DNA of 64,000 nt from Mobula hypostoma (Eukaryota), in assembly GCF_963921235.1 (NCBI RefSeq), contig NC_086108.1, positions 45,882,001 through 45,946,000 on the forward strand. Direction: 5' to 3'. Each line of letters begins with the position of its first letter. Positions within the stretch are counted from its first letter, which is position 1. Positions 51,908 to 62,282 of this stretch are shown here, one piece after another. The position numbers and the translations under genes were made by a program. The notes under the pieces are model-generated. The model saw nothing but the letters and a program-made list of their open reading frames with translations, made no database searches and was not told the DNA's origin.

Positions 51908-52049
51908 GACAAGATTTACTGGACTGACAATGAGCATGACTCTATCTACTGTGCAAATAGACTGAATGGGGAAGATATTATGTTACTTGCAAATAACCTG
52001 AACAATGTACACGACGTTGTCATTCTTCATGAACTAAAACAACCCAAAG
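51908..52049 (+). CDS. LRP8: LRP8 exon, beta-propeller part 5, 142 nt
   Basis: tacag|GACAAG...AAAG|gtaact; DKIYWTDNEHDSIYCANRLNGEDIMLLANNLNNVHDVVILHELKQPK. Confidence 0.95.
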
Positions 52050-52435
52050 GTAACTCCAGTCAGAATCTGCTTCATCAAAATGTTATGCAGGCAGCCACCA
52101 CATTGTGATGTTGTGTTCCCAGAAAACACTCTGTTTCTTGACTTCCTGCAACACAAAATCTCATCATCTGCACAAATCAAGAAATATGAGTTGAAACACC
52201 AATCTCTGTTAATTAATTTCCCCTCTGGTTTCTCCTTCAACATATATTTCATAAGAGCAAATTTTTATTCCATTTCCCAGACTTCCTGGTATTTCCAAAT
52301 TTTGTGAATTGCATAAGGGTTAATTTCAGTAACTGAAACTGCTGCATTGTGGTGGTTGCCTATACAATCTTATGGAGCATCTTTTTTCCAAATTTTGTCT
52401 TTTTTTAACCTCAACATCTTTCTATGCTTAACCAG

Positions 52436-52588
52436 CTGTAAACTTCTGTGTACATGGCAGTACAACTAAGGGAGGGTGCCAGTATCTGTGTTTGCCTGCT
52501 CCCCAAATCAGCAACCACTCTCCAAAGTACACGTGTGCCTGCCCTGACGATATGGAACTTGGGCACGATATGAGAAAGTGTTACAGAG
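52436..52588 (+). CDS. LRP8: LRP8 exon, EGF-C, 153 nt
   Basis: accag|CTGTA...AGAG|gtatgt; [51 protein letters not shown]. Confidence 0.94.
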
Positions 52589-53519
52589 GTATGTGTATCT
52601 TTTCTGCTCATTTTAATTATGCTTTTTTTTCAGCTTTTAAGAATGGAGTGCCTTCACAGGCTAAAGCCCTTCAGGATTCTTTAGGTTTATTAAAGGGTTT
52701 GAATAAGGTACTCACTAATAAATGCAATAAAGAATTCATAAACAGCTTTAGGAAGGAGATGTCGAGGGGACCCACACTGGCCCTCATCGAGGGGTCAGCA
52801 GTGGAAAGGGTGAGTACTTTTAAGTTCTTGGTTGTCAGCATCTCTGAGGATCTATCCTGGGCCCAACATACATGTAATTCCCTGGTTAAAATTGTATTTC
52901 TACCACTATGCTGTTAGGCATTTTATTTTGGCAGTTTTCTGCAAACAAGAGTGTGCTCTGTTAGTTAAGCTTCATAGACTACTGTTTTGGCTTCAGCTGA
53001 GATGAGGAGCCATTTGCTCAACTTGGGAATGTTGTGTCAGCCAATTCCGTTTCTCTTGGTAACATGTTGTAACATTCTCCCAGTGGGATGGTATGGATCA
53101 TTCGAGAGAGCTGAACGGCAACAGGTTGCTGAAGGACAGCAGTCTGGTTTTGGTCTTTTGGGATGGGAGGTGTTGGAAGAGGAGGTGTGGAGCGGAGCAC
53201 AAGGGAAGATGCTTGCGGAATGCCACTCGAAGGAGAGTCCCCGTTGTCAGGAGTGCTTTGCGCAGACGAATGGTTCCCAGTAAGGAGTGCCAATACTCCT
53301 GAATTAGCCAGTTTGTTGGAATTGGTCTTCGAGGAAAGTTCGAACTGTGGCTGGTGTCCTGCTGGCAGAACATGGGGTCAGTGCATGAGTAATCAAAGCA
53401 AAGTACCTGACTGCTCCAGAAATGAGCTCCAATGTTTATGTGCACGTTTAGTCTGGTTTACCTGTGCTGGGTCCTTGACATTTTCTTGCCCATTAACTGT
53501 TAAAGTTGAAATATCTGTA

Positions 53520-53940
53520 AGTATTCTTCAGAAAAAATCTTCAGAAGTTGTAAACTCAACCAGCTCCATCTTGGGCACTAGCTTCCTCACCATCAATGAC
53601 ATCTTCAAAAGATGAGGCCTCAGAAGGCAGTATTCACCTTAAAGACCCTCATCACTCTGGAAATGTCTGCATCTCATTATTACCGTTAGAGGGGAGGTAC
53701 GGAATCCTGAAGAGACACACTCAACATTTTAGGAACAGCTTCTTCCCTGCTGCCATCAGATTTCTGAATGGATATCAAATCCATGAACACCTCCTTACTT
53801 TTTTTGCACTCTTTTTGCACTAATTTAACTTTTAAAATATATTTCTTATTATAATTTACAGTGTATTTATATATTGTACTTACTGCTGCAAAGCAACAAA
53901 TTTCATGACCTTTCAATAATAGTAAACCTGTATCTGATTA
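53520..53940 (+). mobile_element. Rex1-like LINE 3' end (related short piece at 52750-52870)
   Basis: HFRNSFFPAAIRFLN and the typical tail. Confidence 0.7.
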
Positions 53941-54228
53941 ATTAAGGAATGGTTAGAACTTTGCCACAGGGAAGGTTAAGGCACCTTGCACCTTCCCATT
54001 TAAGAGAAAGCTTGAAACCAGCAATCAGGAGGTTGTATGAATAAAGGGCTAGATGAAGAGTAACAGAAAATGATTTGTGCAAATCACTGACCTGTTTGCA
54101 TTGTTATACATTCTATATAATTCATATTGCTTGCAAACCCGACTTGCCTTGTGTAGTTGCTTTGAGCTGTTTACATTGAAGTTGAGGTTTCACAGTCTAT
54201 AGTTCTGTCTACCTTTATTTTATAATAG

Positions 54229-54438
54229 TTGGAGGGCTTCCCTCAGTGACCAGCAACAAGTCAACTCCAAAATCCGACGCGCCTTTCTCCAGTGTCTGGG
54301 GTCCTGCAGATACAACTACAATGCCTGGTGCAGTGGTTCTGAACAGTGTCACAGGAGGCCCTCAGTGGCCTTTTCCTTTTGAGGCAAACAGCACTGACGC
54401 AGACAGCTTGATCCGCAGTAACAGGTCCTCACCGTTAT
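54229..54438 (+). CDS. LRP8: LRP8 exon, O-linked sugar (Ser/Thr/Pro-rich) domain, 210 nt (alternative in-frame acceptor at 54247)
   Basis: aatag|TTGGA...TTAT|gtaagt; phase 1-1; S/T/P-rich (VGGLPSVTSNKSTPKS...NSTDADSLIRSNRSSPL); lies between EGF-C and TM exons as expected. Confidence 0.8.
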
Positions 54439-55158
54439 GTAAGTCCTATTGGTATAAATCTCTTCCGATTTGCTGCTCATATCATACACCGAGGTGAAGC
54501 TTGCAACTTGATTTCATACTCCATTCAACTTGGCCACCTGCTTTCTGCTTGTGCAAAGAAGGGGCTGAGGATTGACATCAGCACATTCCATTTTGGTGGT
54601 CTGCTTAATCATGTAGGAAATCATTTGAAGTAATAACATCTAGTGTGGGTGTGAGGCAGGCCTGATTTTTAGCATCTATTCCTTCTCAAATCCACTATTT
54701 TGTTCTTTTAATGGGAAACTGAATTTCTCGTCTCCCCTCCCCTCCCCTCCACATGTGACTTTTATTTCTTCAGATAATCTGCCATTTCCGCTCCCATACC
54801 TTGGAGCTGGTACAAGTCATCCCTCTCAATTTCCCTGTCATGTTCCAGACTGAGCTTTTAAGATCAAAGCTTGATGTTGCCTCACCACTACTCGATTTGC
54901 TTCCACTCTCGCTCTTGACAGCTTTTCCAGCACTTTCCAAAAATATTGCAAAACTAAAGCAGTGTCTGCACTTGCATAGGCCTTGCAATTGTTCCTTCTG
55001 CACTAGTGTTCATGTACCAACATTCAAATACCCGTTGGCATAGACCTTTTCTCTGCCCAAAACACGGACCTTTTATTCCTCTCCTTAGATGCTGCCTGAC
55101 CTGCTGAGTTCCTCCAGCACTTTGTGTGTGCTAACCTTTTTTTCCCTTTTCTCACCAG

Positions 55159-55227
55159 CAGCCAACCAGGGAAAAGACAAGAAGTCAACTTCAACCAATG
55201 CTATTGTGGGAATTGTCACTCCTATAG
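55159..55227 (+). CDS. LRP8: LRP8 exon, juxtamembrane region and first half of TM helix, 69 nt
   Basis: Long pyrimidine tract, then caccag|CAGCC...ATAG|gtgggt; SANQGKDKKSTSTNAIVGIVTPI. Confidence 0.88.
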   Translation, partial: QPTREKTRSQLQPMLLWELSLL

Positions 55228-55630
55228 GTGGGTAATTATGATGTACTGCTTCTTGTTTGTTGAATGATCTCTTTCTTGTCTTGCTGAAGAGGAATACAGA
55301 TTTTAACTTGGTGCACCTAATGTGTCTGTCAGACGCCACTAGGTAGAGGCAAAATGAAGCCTTATATGTGCCCTATTTCACAGATAACCTTGCAACAACT
55401 GCCATCAAATTCAGGTCACAAAGATAAAAGACTTGTCACCAGCTCCCTGTATCATCGAGTCCCTATGATGGAGCAGGAAGTATTCTTTCCCTGAAAACTG
55501 AGAATTCCTGTGTAGTGCTAAATGCAGCCATATCAGCTGAGCTACAGCAGTCTGTGGAGGATTAAAAGATTGTGACCATTTTTGTATTCCTTTCTACATC
55601 TCCACGGGAATGATAGTACTTCATGTCAAG

Positions 55631-55737
55631 CATTTCGCTTCGCCGGCACATATACTAAAGTTGGAACTATACAGAGAAGGTTAGCATGGCCCCTGCATAA
55701 AGATGACGTGCAGATTTGTGAAGCATTCCATATTTTT
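55631..55737 (+). pseudogene. RNU6: U6 snRNA pseudogene
   Basis: Colinear with U6 (TCGCTTCG..GCACATATACTAAA.TTGGAAC.ATACAGAGAAG.TTAGCATGGCCCCTGC...TTCCATATTTTT); about 13 substitutions by hand count and the first 4 nt do not match; no TATA box at the expected upstream position. Confidence 0.9.
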
Positions 55738-55761
55738 CATTTACCTTATGAATTACAGGAA

Positions 55762-56010
55762 GCACGGTTAGTGCAGTGGTTAGCGTCGGCAGTAAGATGG
55801 GGATTGGATTCCCACCACTGTAAGGAGTTTGTACATTCCCCCTGCTGCTGCCTGGGTTTCTTTCGGGTGTTCCAGTTTCAAAGGCGTATGGGTTAGTGTT
55901 ATTACGATGTAGACGTGCTTTGCTGGCGCTGTAAGCGACATTTCTGAACAGCCCAGCACAATTCTTGCCTATTTGATTTGATGCAAATGACATATATGTG
56001 ACAGATAATC
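55762..56010 (+). mobile_element. Degenerate V-SINE/HE1-like SINE
   Basis: A-box-like TAGTGCAGTGG, then V-domain-like GGAGTTTGTACATTCCCC...TGGGTTTCTTTCGGGTGTTCCAGTTTC. Confidence 0.6.
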
Positions 56011-58123
56011 TTCATTCTTCACACTAATCTGCGCTCTGTCATGCTCTTGGTGATACTTCAGCTGAATGGAAGATGGAATGGCTCATCGAGTAACTGAGGA
56101 GTTGTCTTGTGATTTGAACAAGATGCCCTATACTCAAAGATGGTTTCACTGAATCAGGAAATTCTAAGCACAATTGACAAGAGTGATGACGCAAAGATGT
56201 TTCCCTTGGTAGTCAATCTAGGCTAGGGTTACAGATCTTTGAAGTTCTCTGTTCCAGAGATATATGGATGCTGAGTAATTGAATATTTCAAAGATTGAGA
56301 TAACTTTCTAAACAAGAGAATTGTGGGTTTCAGGGAGCAGGTAGAAAAATGGGGCTGAGACCATACATCTGATCAGTTTTAATATAGAATGGTGGAGCAA
56401 ATCTCAAGGGCCTTCTACCCTGCTCCTGGTGCTTATGTGACAGTTAATTAGCTGTGCCTAAACAGTAACTGTTAGAAGAGACTTGTTTGACAACCAGTGC
56501 CTTGAAAAGATTCAGAAACCCATATAATCCCAATTAATTTGTGCTGATAATATTGGCCAAGGATAATTTTACTTTTGCCTTCTGTTCATGCCAGATTATC
56601 TGCCTCTTTTGTGATGTTATGAGGTACTGATCAAAAAAGTCAAAGTATCAAAATCAAGGGTCTTGATTGCATAAATATAGAGATGGATAACCCAAACATA
56701 GTGAATTTAAGCTCATGACTAATAATTTTAGTGGGGAACTATGGGAAGGGGTGGAAATGCAAGTGTGGTTAAAATGTGGAACTACGTGGATAATGTTGGC
56801 AAATTACACAAATTCATTTGTGGTGAAGCCAGATTGCACAACAGAGAATGGAACATATGACAGTGGGATTAGCTAAAGTGGTAATGGGAGCAGAGACATG
56901 TGGAACAAAATGTAGCCGTTTGGTCAAGTGGCTAGATTTGGTGCTGTTAATTTAATGCACATTCTTTCTATGGATTATTTTTCTGATCAAATAAAAACAT
57001 TCAGATGAATAGAATCAGAAATGCATGCGGGGCATAATGAATGCAAACCTTTGACACATAACTTTACAGCAGGTACTTAAAAGAAGTAGAAGTGTCAGCT
57101 AATGTAATATCAAGTGATGGATGGCAGTGATAATATTTTTGGATATATGATGCCTTGATACTTCAAAATATCGGGACGTCCTGGTAAAATTAACAAACTA
57201 CATTATGTGCAAGTGTTCAAAAATCAAAAATACCAGAATCCATCTTGATATTTTCTCCATATATAGCTGCCCGTAATGGGGGGGAAAAGATCGAACGTGA
57301 TGTCATATTGAACTATGGTGTGATCACCAGGTGCAAATGATGCATGGGAGGCATCAACATTAAACCATCAGTTTTACAACCTGAGGTCACTCCATTCCTT
57401 TTTAGTGTCAACACTTCTTCCTTAATTTTCAATTTCGCTGAAGTTCCTACTGGAATTAAACAGAACCCATTTTAAGTTTTAGATTAGAGGTTGTGACCCA
57501 CTGACATTTAATGACTTGCATGGATATAACAGTTAAACCAAGGAAGAAGGTATAGACTTGCTTGAAGGTGCCACAGTTTTTTATTAAATAAAACTACATC
57601 TGAAGAATCCTTATGGTTATAACTAGCTCTTTCCCACACCAGCTACCCACCTCCCCTTCTCTCCTTACCCCGGCTGGACTCCTTTTCTGATTGTGTATCA
57701 ATGCTGGATCCCATCCATGATCAAAGTGAGATCACAGAAATGAGAGGGTAGTGGCCTACCAGTCTGATTAACTATTTTGTAAAAAGTTGATTGTACTTTC
57801 AATTAGTCTGAGTAGATGTATTGAGCCAATCATTTATATTAATCAGTGACACATTTAAGCTTTGAATTTTGTTCTCATCATTGGCTGATCAATTCTATAT
57901 GTAGTGCTTCAAGGTTTCAAAGGTACATTTAATGTCAGAGAAATTTATACAATATGCATCCTGAAATGCTTTTTCTTCACAAACATCCACGAAAACAGAG
58001 GGGTGCCCCCAAAGACTGAATGACAGTTTAAATGTTAGAACCCCAAAGTTCACCCCCCCAATCCTCTCCCTCCTGCACGTAAGGGGCAGCAAGCTACGAT
58101 CCTTAATAAGAAACGATTGCCTA

Positions 58124-58163
58124 ATGTTTCTGACGAAGGGTCTCGGCCCGAAACGTCGAATGT
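58124..58163 (+). ncRNA. Hammerhead ribozyme motif at a 5'-truncated PLE end, sense to LRP8
   Basis: AUGUUU-CUGACGA-A-GGGU(CUCG)GCCC-GAAA-C-GUC^GAAUGU; predicted cleavage after 58157. Confidence 0.7.
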
Positions 58164-58220
58164 ACCTCTTCCTAGAGATGCTGCCTCGCCTGCTGTGTTC
58201 ACCAGCAACTTTGATGTGTG
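58132..58220 (+). mobile_element. 89-bp PLE end insertion with about 15-bp imperfect TSD
   Basis: Flanks TTGCCTAATGTTTCT (58117-58131) / TTGCTTAATCTTTCT (58221-58235); body near-identical to 16148-16236. Confidence 0.75.
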
Positions 58221-58298
58221 TTGCTTAATCTTTCTTCTGTGTTTTGACTGATAAACTGTACTGATCAACTAAATTGTAATTTCTATCGCTCTTTTCAG

Positions 58299-58471
58299 TG
58301 ATCATTAGTTTGGTTTGCCTGGGAGGCTTTCTGATATGGAGGAACTGGAGAAAGAAGAACACTAAAAGTATGAACTTTGACAATCCAGTCTATAGAAAAA
58401 CAACAGAAGAGGAAGAAATAGAGGAGACCCAAATTGGAAGGAATGGGCAGATTGGCCACGTGTACCCTGCA
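58299..58471 (+). CDS. LRP8: LRP8 exon, TM end and cytoplasmic FDNPVY (NPxY) motif, 173 nt
   Basis: ttcag|TGATC...GCA|gtaagt; [58 protein letters not shown]. Confidence 0.96.
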
Positions 58472-60747
58472 GTAAGTTTTCCCCACCTCTTAAACATCTG
58501 GCCATACTGCACCAAACAGACTAGATCTGCTGTTGGACTGCAAAACACTCAGGAAACTAGTTGCATATTTCTTCTTAGTAGAGGCCTACTCATGAAACAT
58601 CTAAACACAGACACTTCAAACATGTTTCAATCTGAAATCCAAGACTGTGCTTTGTATGATAAACATGTATCTAATGTTTTACTACTTTAAGTTTGAATTT
58701 TATTATCCTTCCCAAAGTCATTTAATAGGTTGCCAGCTAGAATGCTCAGTAATTGCTTACGTTCCTCTCTGCAGAATGGCATCTTCTGCAAATGTTCTAA
58801 GGAACTCCTATGTTCATTTCAGATGAAGCAAACTCTCTTCTTGATTCCTTCTTAATGCAGCTTTGTATTTTGAGGTTTAACAGCTGTGGTCTGAAACCTG
58901 AGTGCAACTTTGCTGGATTTAGCTGGATTTTGCTGAACTTTGCTGACATTGGTTCTGATCTTGGGCAAGAATGTGTTCAATGTGGTTGGCAGTGCCAAGT
59001 TCTGGAAAGAAGTAATACTGTGTCTGCCCGAGGTGAGGAAGGTCCCTTTGGTGCTGACAGATACTGAGGGTGAATAAGGCTCTTTGAATGACGCAGAGTG
59101 AAAGTGAAAGAGCACCAATTAGTGCCCAGTATCTGGAAGAAGGCAAGCAGTAAATATAAAATCAAAATGCTGCTATTAATTCTACTGAGTTTTACAAGAA
59201 GGTAAGATAGTGAGACAAATGAGGCCATGCTGGGATACCTAGTGAGTTATACATACACATTTTCTTTAACTAAAAAATCACCAGAGATAGCAGTTTTCTT
59301 GCCATTTTCCTCACCATTTTAAATAGAAAATATACAATGGCCCAGTCTTTGATAAAAAGTCTTTGAAAAATTTGGGGGTATTGCAAAGATGTAACTCTGG
59401 CTTTCTCACTTAGTTAGGTTGATCTGTGTGCTTTTTCTAGTTCATTAATATTAGCTGTTTAGCTTTCTGCCTGCTCGGTCTTCGAAGCAGCTTTATAGAT
59501 CAGTCTGTCTTTTGGTTGCCTGCAGCAACCAATGTAAGTAAAATAGTCTTTGTTTTGATGAAGTCTCTACATTACAGAAGCAAGTGTACCGGGAGATAAC
59601 TCCATTGTAATAGCTGTATAGAAGCATATGTAATATCCCAAACTTTGACTAAGTTCCCCACCTGCCCCATAGCAGCTGGGGAATTTAAATACAAGGAATT
59701 ACACACATATTGAATTTAAAAAAATAACCTTGGTATCAACTATCCAGAAACTGACAGTTGTTATCAACTATAACACCCTTCAGGGAAAGGTATCGGTCAT
59801 CCAGACATGCCTCCTGCCACACCAGTGTGATTAAATATGAACTGACCTCAGAAATGGCCCAGCAGAGGCAGCTGGAGATGGAGAGTTTGCAGTTTTCTCA
59901 CTGTGCAAATACTTTTTTAAAAAACCTAATTGCACTTACTAGCCCACAGCTTTATTACAAGACCTGCCGTAGCATTCTTATTGATAGTTTGCCTAAAAGA
60001 AGGAGCAGCAATCTGTAAGGGCAAGCCTTCGAGTGAATATGAAAGTAACTACTGTGCTAAACTTAAGGCCACCATGTGCTTCTCACAGTGTATCAACGGA
60101 ATAAGTTTATCTGTATTTCTGCATAGAAAAGAGATATTCAATACCATTATAGCATAGGATCTTTACACCATAATCTTCAAGAAGATTAAATCTTTGATTT
60201 AAACATACCAGGCCCAATTTCAAAATTTCCATATGATGGAAAATATGCAGAGTTTACAAAACTTACAAAAGTTATGTAAAGAAAAGCTTGGTGATCAGAT
60301 TAGTGCTGTAGGTGGATACTCAAGGTTCAGTGTTGAGAAGAAAGAGGTGAGGAGAGACCACATAAGCTAACTATTGTTGTTGTAAAGAAGTATGAAGAGA
60401 GAATTATTAAGGCCAAGTTAGTAAAGCATATAGAGTGCTGGGTTTCATAAATAGAGAAAGGCACAGTTGTTTGTTAAACCTCTAGTAATCTAATGCTAGG
60501 AAGTATATGAAGATTAAGTAGAGGGTACAGTTGACTTTCAGTGATGAGGAATTGGAATTATTTGGACAAGCTAGGGTTATTCTCCTTATGGCACAAAGAT
60601 AGAAAATTTGAAGAGAAGTTGAAAAATGAGGATGGGTTTATATGCAGTAAATAAAGCACAGTTTTGTGATTGAAGGGCCAAAAACTAGACAGCATAAATT
60701 TAGGTTATTTGACAAAAGAGCCAGAGATGTCATGAGAAGTCTTAACT

Positions 60748-60980
60748 CACAATAAATGTAACCATATAACAATTACAGCACAGAAACAGGCCATCTTGGC
60801 CCTTCTAGTCCGTGCTGAACTCTTACTCTCACCTAGTCCCACCGACCTACAGTTAGCCCATAACCCTCCATTCCTTTCCTTTCCTGTCCATATAGCTATC
60901 CAATTTAACTTTAAATGACAATATCGAACCTGCCTCAACCACTTCTGCTGGAAGCTCGTTCCACACAGCTACACTCTCTG
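60748..60980 (-). mobile_element. CR1 3' end fragment
   Basis: CCTGCCTCAACCACTTCTGCTGGAAGCTCGTTCCACA and an (AACCATAT)-type tail. Confidence 0.7.
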
Positions 60981-61225
60981 AGTGCGGTGTTTTCAGGCAA
61001 AAAGCAAAGAGTGAAATGAACTGAATTGCCCTTTGATGAAACTAGAGTGGACTTGGCTGCACAACCTCATTGATAACCTATTACTACGGCAACTATGATT
61101 TTGCTCAACTTTTCCCAGGAAGCATAGGTTTCTTTTTCTTTCCTGTTTCTCCCTGTGGTGTCAGAACCACATCATGGACTGTACGTTGCCTTCTGCAGTC
61201 ATCAAACAAGATCTTCAGTCCTAAA

Positions 61226-61760
61226 TGTTATGTTTTGTAAATCCAAAACATAAAGCTAATCAAAAGAAAGAGAGGGAAAAAGTGTGCGCTTTATTTTTAC
61301 TTCTAGTGAAGCACGCTCATATGACCTGGTGGCACAGAGACGTATGCCATTTATGTACTTTTACATATAACCCGTAATGAATTATGTAAACAACAAAGAA
61401 TGCTTAATCAAACAATATATTTACAATATTACTCAATACTAAATGCTCTTCACTCCTCCCTGATTAGCTATATAAAGTCTAACTCAATATAGAATACATC
61501 TCAACAGTATACACAGTATACTATATAATGTTATATATTATATAATGTATAACTATTATATAGTATATAATAGCAAATTTTTAATTGCCCCATTCAGGCC
61601 TAAAGATTTAATTGCTGTGGAAAATTTTTTACTCTTGTGGGAAACTGTCTTTCCTGAAAAGGCCGGGGGTCACGCTGCTTGGTGGATGAGACTTTGCCGC
61701 CTCCATGGTGGTTGTAGGAATTGACTCTGGATCTGCAGGAATTAGTTTTGACACCTCTGG
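61226..61760 (-). mobile_element. 5'-truncated Gypsy element: pol C-terminus, PPT (61453-61460) and 3' LTR (61226-61452)
   Basis: Minus-strand ORF ends ERQFPTRVKNFPQQLNL*, like RRSQRTCKPPDRLYL* of the element at 2135; GGGAGGAG|TG junction; LTR homologous to 18198-18435. Confidence 0.75.
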
Positions 61761-61829
61761 ACACCTTTCTTCTGGGCGTGTCGACTTGTGAACAGTGCAT
61801 GGCGATCTGCTGGTCCATTACAGGCCACC

Positions 61830-62215
61830 AGACAAAGCTTCAAGCCAATGCTTTTGTTTTGACTATGCTGCCTGGATGACCAGCGTGCAACTCCTCCAAC
61901 ACTGTAGCTCATTATGGCCGAAGGGGAGGCTATGGACCAACATGTCGGAATGGGAATGGGGATTGAAATTAAAATGGAGCCACCAGGAAATCCTGTTTTT
62001 TGCAGATAGAGTGAAGGTGCTCAACGCAGCAGTGCCCAATCTACGTTGGGTCTCACCAATGTAGGGTAGCCTGCATCGGGAGCACTGGATACAGTGGCAG
62101 CCCCAACAGATTCACAAGTGAAGTGTTTCCTCACCTGGAAGGACAGTTTGGGGTCCTGAATGAAGGAGCAGGAGGAGGTGAATGGACAAGTGTAGCTCTT
62201 CTGCTTGTGGGGATC
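61830..62215 (-). mobile_element. PLE GIY-YIG endonuclease remnant
   Basis: Minus strand YTCPFTSS...PKLSFQVRKHFTCES and YIGETQRRLG-like text. Confidence 0.72.
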
Positions 62216-62282
62216 AGTCCTACACACTTCCTTGGCTCTGCACTGTTTTCTTTTCATTTCAGCTTAATTTAAATTCCCTTTA

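Larger units (their letters stand above)
22644..58471 (+). other. LRP8: LRP8/ApoER2 gene, internal span (16 coding exons visible; 5' exons and last exon not found in window)
   Basis: The exons below join in frame with canonical GT-AG sites. The tail [26 protein letters not shown]...QIGHVYPA, the propeller segment [19 protein letters not shown] and [22 protein letters not shown] resemble LRP8 more than VLDLR or LDLR (from recalled sequences, no alignment run). Confidence 0.93.

Noticed and set aside
22644..58471. Calling the gene VLDLR or LDLR
   Set aside because: Exon sizes are shared across the family, but the tail ([16 protein letters not shown]...IGHVYPA), LA2 (CDGEEEC) and propeller residues fit LRP8 best. 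A phylogeny would confirm this.
58472..58690. ORF read-through past the NPxY exon (130-aa ORF in the track)
   Set aside because: A consensus GTAAGT donor sits at the conserved position, and the extension has no recognisable features.
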